In this document: positions 53,701-64,000 of the stretch, in pieces
Numbering within the stretch: the stretch's first letter is position 1
How the letters are laid out: each line of letters opens with the position of its first letter
NCBI RefSeq assembly: GCF_036321535.1
Contig: NC_087436.1
Coordinates: 1,736,001 to 1,800,000, forward strand
Origin: Camelus dromedarius
Taxonomy: Eukaryota
Direction: 5' to 3'
Length of the DNA: 64,000 bases
Notes under the pieces: generated by a model
What the model saw: only the letters and a program-made list of their open reading frames with translations
Databases searched by the model: none
What the model was told of the DNA's origin: nothing
Made by a program: the position numbers and the translations under genes

Positions 53701-56700
53701 ACACTAATCTCTCAGAACTGAGCATGTGAAGAGTGTTCGTTCATCTAGAACACAGGGAACGGGTTTCAGGAGAAACTTTTAATCTGGTTTCTCAGTCTGC
53801 TTCCTAGTGCCGGTTTAAAGCTCCTGCAGTTTTCACTGTAAAACAGTTGGAGCTAGTACCTCCCAATATATATGTATGGAGTGGAGTTTGCAACTGAAAA
53901 GAATCTTTGTGTTCCCAACAAGCTAGGTGAAGGACGGCTTTCACACACACTTATCTCTCAGAACTGAGCATGTGGAGAGACGTTCGTTCATCTAGCACAA
54001 AGGGAAAGGGTTGCGGAATAAACTTTTTCTCTGTATTCTCAGTCTGTTTCCTAGTGCCTGTTTGAAGTTCCTGCTGTTTTCACTATAAAACCGAGTTGGG
54101 GCTAGTACCTACCCATATATATGTATGGAGTGGAGTTTGCATCTGAAAATAAACTTTGTGTTCCCCACAAGGTAGGTGAAGGAAGGCTTTCACACACACT
54201 TATCTCTCAGAACTGAGCATGTGGAGAGACGTTCGTTCATCTAGCACAAAGGGAAAGGGTTGCAGGGGAAAGTTTTACTCTGGATTCTCAGTCTGTTTCC
54301 TAGTGCCGGTTTGAAGTTCCTGCAGTTTTCACTGTAAAACCGAGTTGGAGCTAGTACCTCCCCATATATATATATGGGGTGGAGTTTGCCACTGAAAAGA
54401 AACTTTGTGTTCCCAACAAGCTAGGTGAAGGACGGCTTTCACACACACTTATCTCTCAGAACTGAGCATGTGGAGATACGTTCGTTCATCTAGCACAAAG
54501 GGAACGGGTTGCAGAATAAACTTTTTCTCTGTATTCTCAGTCTGTTTCCTAGTGCCTGTTTGAAGTTCCTGCTGTTTTCACTGTAAAACCGAGTTGGGGC
54601 TAGTACCTACCCATATATATGTATGGAGTGGAGTTTGCATCTGGAAAGAAACTTTGTGTTCCCCACAAGGTAGGTGAAGGACGGCTTTCACACACACTTA
54701 TCTCTCAGATCTGAGCATGTGGAGAGACGTTCGTTCATCTAGCACAAAGGGAAAGGGTTGCAGGGGAAAGTTTTCTCTGGATTCTCTGTCCGTTTCCTAG
54801 TGCCGGTTTGAAGTTCCTGCAGTTTTCACTGTAAAACCGAGTTGGAGCTAGTACCTCCCCATATATATATATGGGGTGGAGTTTGCCACTGAAAAGAACC
54901 TTTGTGTTCCCAACAAGCTAGGTGAAGGACGGCTTTCACACACATTTTTCTCTCAGAACTGAGCATGTGGAGAGACGTTCGTTCATAAAGCACAAAGGGA
55001 ACGGGTGGCAGGAAAACTTTTACTCTGTATCTCAGTGTGTTTCCTAGTGCCGGTTTGATGTTCCTGCAGTTTTCATTGTAAAACCGATTTGGAACTAGTA
55101 CCTCCCCATATATTTGTATGGAGTGGAGTTTGCAACTGAAAAGAAACTTTGTGTTCCCAACAAGCTATGTGAAGGACGGCTTTCACACACACTTATCTCT
55201 CAGAAATGAGCATGTGGAGAGACGTTCGTTCATCTAGCACAAAGGGAACGGGTTGCAGGCGAAACTTTTACTCTGTTTTCTCAGCCTGTTTCCTAGTGCC
55301 GGTTTGAAGTTCCTGCAGTTTTCACTGTAAAACCGAGTTGGAGCTAGTACCTCCCCATATATATGTATGGAGTGGAGTTTGCACCTGAAAAGAAACATTG
55401 TGTTCCCAACAAGCCAGGTGAAAGGCGGCTTTCACACACAATTATCTCTCAGAACTGAGCATGTGGAGAGTCATTCGTTCATCTAGCACAATGGGAAAGG
55501 TTTGCTGGAGAAACTTTTACTCTGGGTTCTCCGTCTGTTTCCTAGTGCCGGTTTGAAGTTCCTGCAGTTTTCATTGTAAAACCGAGATGGAGCTAGTACT
55601 TATGCATATATATGTATGGAGTGGAGTTTGCAACTGAAAAGAAACTTTGTGTTCCCAAAAAGCTAGGTGAAGGACGGCTTTCACACACACTTATCTCTCA
55701 GAACTGAGCATGTGTTAGACGTTCGTTCACCTAGCAAAAATGGAACGAGTTGCAGGAGTAAGTTTTACTCTGGTTTTCAGTCTGTTTCCTACTGCCATTT
55801 TGAATTTCTTGCAATTTTCACTGTAATACCGAGTTGGAGATAGTACCTCCCCATAAATTTGTGTGGAGTGGAATTTGCAACTGAAAAGAAACTTTGTGTT
55901 CCCAACAAGCTAGTTGAAGGACGGCTTTCACACACAATTATCTCTGAGAACTGAGCATGTGGAGTGTCGTTCGTTCATCTAGCACAAAGTGAACGGGTTT
56001 CAGGAGAAACAATTACTCTGGTTTCTCAGTCTGTTTCCTAGTGCCGGTTTGAAGATCCTGAAGTTTTCACTGTAAAACCGAGTTGGAGCTAGTACATCCC
56101 CATATATATGTATGGAGTGGAGTTTGCAACTGAAAAGAAACTTTGTGTTCCCAACAAGCTAGGTGAAGGACGGCTTTCAGACACAATTATCTCTCAGAAT
56201 TGAGCATGTGGAGAGACGTTCGTTCATCTAGCAAAAAGGGAACAGGTTGCAGGAGAAACTTTTACTCTGGTTTCTCAGTCTGTTTCCTAGTGCCGGTTTG
56301 AAGTTCCTGCAGTTTTCACTGTAAAACCGAGTTGGAGATTGTACCTCCCCATATATATGTATGGAGTGGAGTTTGCAACTGAAAAGAAACTTTGTGTTCC
56401 CAACAAGCTAGGTGAAGGACGGCATTCACACACAATTATCTCTCAGAACTGAGCATGTGGAGAGACGTTCGTTCATCTATCACAAACGGAACGGTTTGCA
56501 GGAGAAAGTTTTTCTCTGTTTCTCAATCTGTTTCCTAGTGCCGGTTTGAAATTCCTGCAGTGTTCACTGTAAAACCGAGTTGGAGCTAGTACTTCCCCAT
56601 ATATATGTATGGGGTGGAGTTTGCAACTGAAAAGAAACTTTGTGTTCCCAACAAGCTAGGTGAAGGACGGCTTTCACACACACTTATCTCTCAGAACTGA

Positions 56701-57472
56701 GAATGTGGAGAGACCTTCGTTCATCAAGCACAATGTGAAAGGGTTGCAGGAGAAACTTTTACTCTGTTTCTCAGTCTGTTTCCTAGTGCCGGTTTGAAGT
56801 TCCTGCAGTTTTCACTGTAAAACCGAGTTGGAGCTTGTACCTCCATATATATATGTATGGAGTGGAGTTTGCAACTGAAAAGAAACTTTGTGTTCCCAAC
56901 AAGCTATGTGAAGGACCGCATTCACACACAATTATCTCTCAGAACTGAGCATGTGGAGAGTCATTCGTTCATCTATCACAAAACGGAACGGTTTACAGGG
57001 GAAACTTTTACTCTGTTTCTCAGTCTGTTTCCTAGTGACGGTTTGAAGTTCCTGCAGTTTTCATTGTAAAACCGAGTTGGAGCTAGTACCTCCCCATATA
57101 TATGTATGGAGTGGAGTTTGCATCTGAAAAGGAAATTTGTGTTCCCAAAAAGCTAGGTGAAGGACGGCTTTCACCCACACTTATCTCTCAGAATTGAGCA
57201 TGTGGAGAGACGTTCGTTCACCGAGCAAAAATGGAAAGAGTTGCAGGAGAAACTTTTACTCTGGTTTCTCAGTCTGTTTCCTAGTGCCATTTTGAAGTTC
57301 CTGCAGTTTTCACTGTAATACCGAGTTGGAGCTAGTATATCCCCATAAATATGGTTGGAGTGGAATTTGCAACTGAAAAGAAACTTTGTGTTCCCTAAAA
57401 GCTCGGTGAAGGACGGCTTTCACACACACTTATCTCTTAGAACTGAGCATGCGGAGAGACGTTCGTTCATCT
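41750..57472. repeat. Variable-length HOR-like domain (8-, 18- and 22-monomer spacings)
   Basis: GAGATGGAGCTAGTACTTATGC occurs at 43669, 45655, 50127 and 55584 (spacings 1986, 4472, 5457). The ORF triplet 46929/51400/56857 shows 4471 and 5457. Confidence 0.87.
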
Positions 57473-60400
57473 AGCACAAAGGGAACGGGTTGCAGGAGAA
57501 ACTTTTACTCTGGTTTCTCAGTCTGTTTCCTAGTGCCGGTTTGAAGTTCCTGCAGTTTTCACTGTAAAACCAATTTTCAGCTTGTACCTCCCCATATATA
57601 TGTATGGAGTGGGGTTTGCAACTGAAAAGAAACTTTGTGTTCCCAACAAGCTAGTTGAAGGACGGCTTTCACACACACTAATCTCTCAGAACTGAGCATG
57701 TGAAGAGTGTTCGTTCATCTAGAACACAGGGAACGGGTTTCAGGAGAAACTTTTACTCTGGTTTCTCAGTCTGCTTCCTAGTGCCGGTTTAAAGCTCCTG
57801 CAGTTTTCTCTGTAAAACCGAGTTGGAGCTAGTACCTCCCCAAATATATGTATGGAGTGGTGTTTGCAACAGAAAAGAAACTGTGTTCCCAAGAAGGTAG
57901 GTGAAGGATGGCTTTCACACACAATTATCTCTCAGAACTGAGCATGTGAAGAGTGTTCGTTCATCTAGCACAAAGGGAACGGGTTCCAGGAGAAACTTTT
58001 ACTCTGGATTCTCAGTCTGTTTCCTAGTGCCGGTTTGAAGTTCCTGCAGTTTTCACTGTAAAACCGAGTTGGAGCTTGTACCTCCCCATATATATGTATG
58101 GAGTGGAGTTTGCAAGTGAAAAGAAACTTTGTGTTTCCAACAAGCTAGATGAAGGACGGGTTTCACACACAATTATCTCTCAGAACTGAGCATGTGGAGA
58201 GACTTTCGTTCATCTAGCACAAAGGGAACAGGTTGCAGGAGAAACTTTTACTGTGGATTCACAGTTTGTTACCTAGTGCCGGTTTGAAGTACCTGCAGTT
58301 TTCAGTGTAAAACCGAGTTGGAGCTCGTACCACCCCATATATATGTATGGATTGGAGTTTGCAAGTGAAAAGAAAGTTTGTGTTCCCAACAAGCTATGAG
58401 AAGTACGGCTTTCACACACACTTATCTCTCAGAACTGAGTATGTGGAGAGACTTTCGTTCATCTAGCACAAAGGGAATGGGTTGCAGGGAAAATTTTACT
58501 CTGGTTTCTCAGTCTGTTTCCTAGTGCCGGTTTGAAGTTCCAGCAGTTTTCACTGTAAAAAAGAGTTGGAGCTCGTACTTCCCCATATATATGTATGGAG
58601 TGGAGTTTGCAAATGAAAGAAGCTTTGTGTTCCCAACAAGCTATGTGAACGCCGGCTTTCACACACACTTATCCCTCAGAACTGAGCATGTGGAGAGACG
58701 TTCGTTCATCTAGCACAAAGGGGACGGGTTGTAGGAGAAACTTTTACTCTGGTTTCTCAGTCTGTTTCCTAGTGCCGGTTTAAAGTTCCTGCAGTTTTCT
58801 CTGTAAAACCGAGTTGGAGCTAGTACCTCCCCATATATATGTATGGAGTGGAGTTTGCAACAGAAAAGAAACTGTGTTCCCAAGAAGCTATGTGAAAGAC
58901 GGCTTTCACACCCAATTATCTCTTGGAACTGAGCATGTGAAGTGTGTTCGTTCATCTAGCACAAAGGGAACGGGTTTCAGGAGAAACTTTTACTCTGGTT
59001 TCTCAGTCTTTTTCCTAGTGCCGGTTTGAAGTTCCTGCAGTTTTCACTGTAAAACCGAGTTGGAGCTTGTACCTCCCCATATATATTTATGGAGTGGAGT
59101 TTGCAACTGAAAAGAATCTTTGTGTTCCCAACAAGCTAGGTGAAGGACGGCTTTCACACACACTTATTTCTCAGAACTGAGCATGTGGAGAGACGTTCGT
59201 TCATCAAGCACAAAGGGAACGGGTTGCAGGAGAAACTTTTACTCTGGTTTCTCAGTCTGTTTCCTAGTGCCGGTTTGAAGTTCCTGCAGTTTTCACTGTA
59301 AAACCAATTTTCAGCTTGTACCTCCCCATATATATGTATGGAGTGGGGTTTGCAACTGAAAAGAAACTTTGTGTTCCCAACAAGCTAGTTGAAGGACGGC
59401 TTTCACACACACTAATCTCTCAGAACTGAGCATGTGAAGAGTGTTCGTTCATCTAGAACACAGGGAACGGGTTTCAGGAGAAACTTTTACTCTGGTTTCT
59501 CAGTCTGCTTCCTAGTGCCGGTTTAAAGCTCCTGCAGTTTTCTCTGTAAAACCGAGTTGGAGCTAGTACCTCCCCAAATATATGTATGGAGTGGTGTTTG
59601 CAACAGAAAAGAAACTGTGTTCCCAAGAAGGTAGGTGAAGGATGGCTTTCACACACAATTATCTCTCAGAACTGAGCATGTGAAGAGTGTTCGTTCATCT
59701 AGCACAAAGGGAACGGGTTCCAGGAGAAACTTTTACTCTGGATTCTCAGTCTGTTTCCTAGTGCCGGTTTGAAGTTCCTGCAGTTTTCACTGTAAAACCG
59801 AGTTGGAGCTTGTACCTCCCCATATATATGTATGGAGTGGAGTTTGCAAGTGAAAAGAAACTTTGTGTTTCCAACAAGCTAGATGAAGGACGGGTTTCAC
59901 ACACAATTATCTCTCAGAACTGAGCATGTGGAGAGACTTTCGTTCATCTAGCACAAAGGGAACAGGTTGCAGGAGAAACTTTTACTGTGGATTCACAGTT
60001 TGTTACCTAGTGCCGGTTTGAAGTACCTGCAGTTTTCAGTGTAAAACCGAGTTGGAGCTCGTACCACCCCATATATATGTATGGATTGGAGTTTGCAAGT
60101 GAAAAGAAAGTTTGTGTTCCCAACAAGCTATGAGAAGTACGGCTTTCACACACACTTATCTCTCAGAACTGAGTATGTGGAGAGACTTTCGTTCATCTAG
60201 CACAAAGGGAATGGTTTGCAGGGAAAATTTTACTCTGGTTTCTCAGTCTGTTTCCTAGTGCCGGTTTGAAGTTCCAGCAGTTTTCACTGTAAAAAAGAGT
60301 TGGAGCTCGTACATCCCCATATATATGTATGGAGTGGAGTTTGCAAATGAAAGAAGCTTTGTGTTCCCAACAAGCTATGTGAACGCCGGCTTTCACACAC

Positions 60401-60963
60401 ACTTATCCCTCAGAACTGAGCATGTGGAGAGACGTTCGTTCATCTAGCACAAAGGGGACGGGTTGTAGGAGAAACTTTTACTCTGGTTTCTCAGTCTGTT
60501 TCCTAGTGCCGGTTTAAAGTTCCTGCAGTTTTCTCTGTAAAACCGAGTTGGAGCTAGTACCTCCCCATATATATGTATGGAGTGGAGTTTGCAACAGAAA
60601 AGAAACTGTGTTCCCAAGAAGCTATGTGAAAGACGGCTTTCACACCCAATTATCTCTTGGAACTGAGCATGTGAAGTGTGTTCGTTCATCTAGCACAAAG
60701 GGAACGGGTTTCAGGAGAAACTTTTACTCTGGTTTCTCAGTCTTTTTCCTAGTGCCGGTTTGAAGTTCCTGCAGTTTTCACTGTAAAACCGAGTTGGAGC
60801 TTGTACCTCCCCATATATATTTATGGAGTGGAGTTTGCAACTGAAAAGAATCTTTGTGTTCCCAACAAGCTAGGTGAAGGACGGCTTTCACACACACTTA
60901 TTTCTCAGAACTGAGCATGTGGAGAGACGTTCGTTCATCAAGCACAAAGGGAACGGGTTGCAG
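57473..60963. repeat. Near-perfect tandem duplication of a 7-monomer block (1734 bp)
   Basis: ORF pairs 57740/59474, 58459/60193, 58710/60444 and 58814/60548 are all offset by exactly 1734. Identity starts just after 57472/59206 and ends at 59229/60963. Confidence 0.95.
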
Positions 60964-62120
60964 ATGAAAATTTTACTCTGGATTCTCAGTCTGTTTCCTA
61001 GTGCCGGTTTGAAGTTCCTGATGTTTTCACTGTAAAACCGAGTTGGGGCTAGTACCTACCCATATATATGTATGGAGTGGAGTTTGCATCTGAAAAGAAA
61101 CTTTGTGTTCCCCACAAGCTAGGTGAAGGACGGCTTTCACACACACTTATCTCCCAGAACTGAACATGTGAAGAGTGTTCGTTCATCTAGCACAAAGGGA
61201 ACGGGATGCAGGAGAAAGTTTTACTCTGGTTTCTCAGTCTGTTTCCTAGTGATGGTTTGAAGTTCCTGCAGTTTTCACTGTAAAACCGTTGGAGCTAGTA
61301 CCTCCCCGTATATATGTATGGCGTGGAGTTTGCAACTGAAAAGAAACTTTGTGTTCCCAAAATGCTAGGTGAATGACGGCTTTCACACACATATATCTCT
61401 CAAAATTGAGCATGTGGAGAGACGTTCGTTCACCTAGGAAAAGGGGAACGAGTTGCATGAGTAACTTTTACTCTGGTTTCTCAGTCTGTTTCCTAGTGCC
61501 GGTTTAAAGTTCCTGCAGTTTTCTCTGTAAACCCGAGTTGGAGCTAGTACCTCCCTATATATATGTATGGAGTGGTGTTTGCAACAGAAAAGAAACTGTG
61601 TTCCCAAGAAGCTAGGTGAAGGACGGCTTTCACACCCAATTATCTCTCAGAACTGAGCATGTGGAGAGACTTTCGTTCATCTAGCACAAAGGGAACGGGA
61701 TGCAGGAGAAACTTTTACTCTGGTTTCTCAGTCTGTTTCCTGTTGTCGGTTAGAAGTTCCTGCAGTTTTCACAGTAAAACCGATTTGGAGCTAGTGCTTC
61801 CCCATAAATATATATGGAGTGGAGTTTGCAACTGAAAAGAATCTTTGTGTTCCCAAAATGCTAGGTGAAGGACGGCTTTCACACACACTTATCTCTCAGA
61901 TCTGAGCATGTGGAGAGACTTTCGTTCATCACGCACAAAGGGAACGGGTTGCAGGAGAAAGTTTTACTCTGTTTCTCAGTCTGTTTCCTAGTGCCGGTTT
62001 GAAGTTCCTGCAGTTTTCTCTGTAAAACCGTGTTGGAGCTAGTACTTCCCCATATATATGTATGGAGTGGGGATTGCAACTGAAAAGAAACTGTGTTCCC
62101 AAGAAGCTAGGTGAAGGAAG
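60964..62120. repeat. Distant copy of block ~39870-41280 (lacking one monomer)
   Basis: Ordered private variants GCAGATGAAA, CTCCCAGAAC, GGCGTGG, CTCAAAATTG, GTCGGTTAGAAG, CATCACGC and GGGGATTGC are present in both. ORFs 41086..41289 and 61929..62132 are nearly identical. Confidence 0.88.
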
Positions 62121-62149
62121 GCTTTCACACACACTTATCTCTCAGAACT

Positions 62150-64000
62150 GAGCATGTGGAGAGACGTTCGTTCATCTAGCACAAAGGGAAAGGGTTGCAG
62201 GGGAAAGTTTTACTCTGGATTCTCAGTCTGTTTCCTAGTGCCGGTTTGAAGTTCCTGCAGTTTTCACTGTAAAACCGAGTTGGAGCTAGTACCTCCCCAT
62301 ATATATATATGGGGTGGAGTTTGCCACTGAAAAGAAACTTTGTGTTCCCAACAAGCTAGGTGAAGGACGGCTTTCACACACACTTATCTCTCAGAACTGA
62401 GCATGTGGAGATACGTTCGTTCATCTAGCACAAAGGGAACGGGTTGCAGAATAAACTTTTTCTCTGTATTCTCAGTCTGTTTCCTAGTGCCTGTTTGAAG
62501 TTCCTGCTGTTTTCACTGTAAAACCGAGTTGGGGCTAGTACCTACCCATATATATGTATGGAGTGGAGTTTGCATCTGGAAAGAAACTTTGTGTTCCCCA
62601 CAAGGTAGGTGAAGGACGGCTTTCACCCACACTTATCTCTCAGATCTGAGCATGTGGAGAGACGTTCGTTCATCTAGCACAAAGGGAAAGGGTTGCAGGG
62701 GAAAGTTTTCTCTGGATTCTCTGTCCGTTTCCTAGTGCCGGTTTGAAGTTCCTGCAGTTTTCACTGTAAAACCGAGTTTTAGCTAGTACCTCCCCATATA
62801 TATATATGGGGTGGAGTTTGCCACTGAAAAGAACCTTTGTGTTCCCAACAAGCTAGGTGAAGGACGGCTTTCACACACATTTTTCTCTCAGAACTGAGCA
62901 TGTGGAGAGACGTTCGTTCATAAAGCACAAAGGGAACGGGTGGCAGGAAAACTTTTACTCTGTATCTCAGTGTGTTTCCTAGTGCCGGTTTGATGTTCCT
63001 GCAGTTTTCATTGTAAAACCGATTTGGAACTAGTACCTCCCCATATATTTGTATGGAGTGGAGTTTGCAACTGAAAAGAAACTTTGTGTTCCCAACAAGC
63101 TATGTGAAGGACGGCTTTCACACACACTTATCTCTCAGAAATGAGCATGTGGAGAGACGTTCGTTCATCTAGCACAAAGGGAACGGGTTGCAGGCGAAAC
63201 TTTTACTCTGTTTTCTCAGCCTGTTTCCTAGTGCCGGTTTGAAGTTCCTGCAGTTTTCACTGTAAAACCGAGTTGGAGCTAGTACCTCCCCATATATATG
63301 TATGGAGTGGAGTTTGCACCTGAAAAGAAACATTGTGTTCCCAACAAGCCAGGTGAAAGGCGGCTTTCACACACAATTATCTCTCAGAACTGAGCATGTG
63401 GAGAGTCATTCGTTCATCTAGCACAATGGGAAAGGTTTGCTGGAGAAACTTTTACTCTGGGTTCTCCGTCTGTTTCCTAGTGCCGGTTTGAAGTTCCTGC
63501 AGTTTTCATTGTAAAACCGAGATGGAGCTAGTACTTATGCATATATATGTATGGAGTGGAGTTTGCAACTGAAAAGAAACTTTGTGTTCCCAAAAAGCTA
63601 GGTGAAGGACGGCTTTCACACACACTTATCTCTCAGAACTGAGCATGTGTTAGACGTTCGTTCACCTAGCAAAAATGGAACGAGTTGCAGGAGTAAGTTT
63701 TACTCTGGTTTTCAGTCTGTTTCCTACTGCCATTTTGAATTTCTTGCAATTTTCACTGTAATACCGAGTTGGAGATAGTACCTCCCCATAAATTTGTGTG
63801 GAGTGGAATTTGCAACTGAAAAGAAACTTTGTGTTCCCAACAAGCTAGTTGAAGGACGGCTTTCACACACAATTATCTCTGAGAACTGAGCATGTGGAGT
63901 GTCGTTCGTTCATCTAGCACAAAGTGAACGGGTTTCAGGAGAAACAATTACTCTGGTTTCTCAGTCTGTTTCCTAGTGCCGGTTTGAAGATCCTGAAGTT
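62150..64000. repeat. Near-identical copy of ~54215-56065 (offset 7935 bp, 32 monomers)
   Basis: GGAGATACG (54472/62407), CATCTGGAAAG (54638/62573), CTCTGTCCG (54785/62720) and GAGATGG (55584/63519) all share offset 7935. Confidence 0.92.

Larger units (their letters stand above)
1..64000. repeat. Tandem satellite DNA array, ~249 bp monomer, ~257 head-to-tail copies in one orientation; continues past both window ends
   Basis: The motif AGAA(A/T)CTTTG starts at 1, 250 and 499 (period 249) and recurs to the end. Hand consensus: AGAAACTTTGTGTTCCCAACAAGCTAGGTGAAGGACGGCTTTCACACACACTTATCTCTCAGAACTGAGCATGTGGAGAGACGTTCGTTCATCTAGCACAAAGGGAACGGGTTGCAGGAGAAACTTTTACTCTGGTTTCTCAGTCTGTTTCCTAGTGCCGGTTTGAAGTTCCTGCAGTTTTCACTGTAAAACCGAGTTGGAGCTAGTACCTCCCCATATATATGTATGGAGTGGAGTTTGCAACTGAAA. 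No non-monomer sequence was seen. Confidence 0.99.

Noticed and set aside
17762..62132. The 60-85 aa ORFs in the supplied track, which look like a repeated small-protein family
   Set aside because: Each lies within about one monomer. They occur in several frames and on both strands, often use GTG or TTG starts, and arise only where a point change or 1-2 bp indel removes a stop. Most monomers are closed in those frames, and no domain is recognisable.
1..64000. CRISPR array or other repeat-spacer system
   Set aside because: The entire 249 bp unit is repeated. There are no unique spacers, no leader and no cas genes.
1..64000. Tandem 5S rRNA, tRNA or snRNA gene cluster
   Set aside because: No recognisable 5S, tRNA cloverleaf, A/B box or snRNA sequence is present in the monomer, and variation is spread across the unit rather than confined to a spacer.
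1..64000. Transposon insertion, inversion or hidden unique segment in the array
   Set aside because: Reading through the window I found monomer register and orientation maintained throughout, with only 1-4 bp indels. A very short insertion could have been missed by eye.

Overview
The whole 64 kb window is one uninterrupted, head-to-tail, single-orientation tandem satellite array. The monomer is about 249 bp (roughly 257 copies, hand-derived consensus about 45% GC). I find no genes, RNA genes, transposons or CRISPR spacers, and all listed ORFs are chance read-throughs of single monomers. The architecture is typical of eukaryotic centromeric or pericentromeric heterochromatin, but I do not recognise the family or the host. 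The interesting signal is higher-order structure read from shared diagnostic variants. About 0.5-14.1 kb is a 16-monomer higher-order repeat (HOR) with 13- and 15-mer deletion variants, flanked by a related 8-mer. A change of variant family occurs at about 17.2 kb. Very recent 5-mer (1243 bp) and 7-mer (1734 bp) tandem duplications follow, within a patchwork of reused multi-monomer blocks recurring at 8-, 18-, 22-, 24/25-, 32- and about 85-monomer spacings. The monomer is rich in short dyads, and one subtype carries a perfect 20 bp palindrome. All alignments were done by eye, so internal boundaries are approximate.
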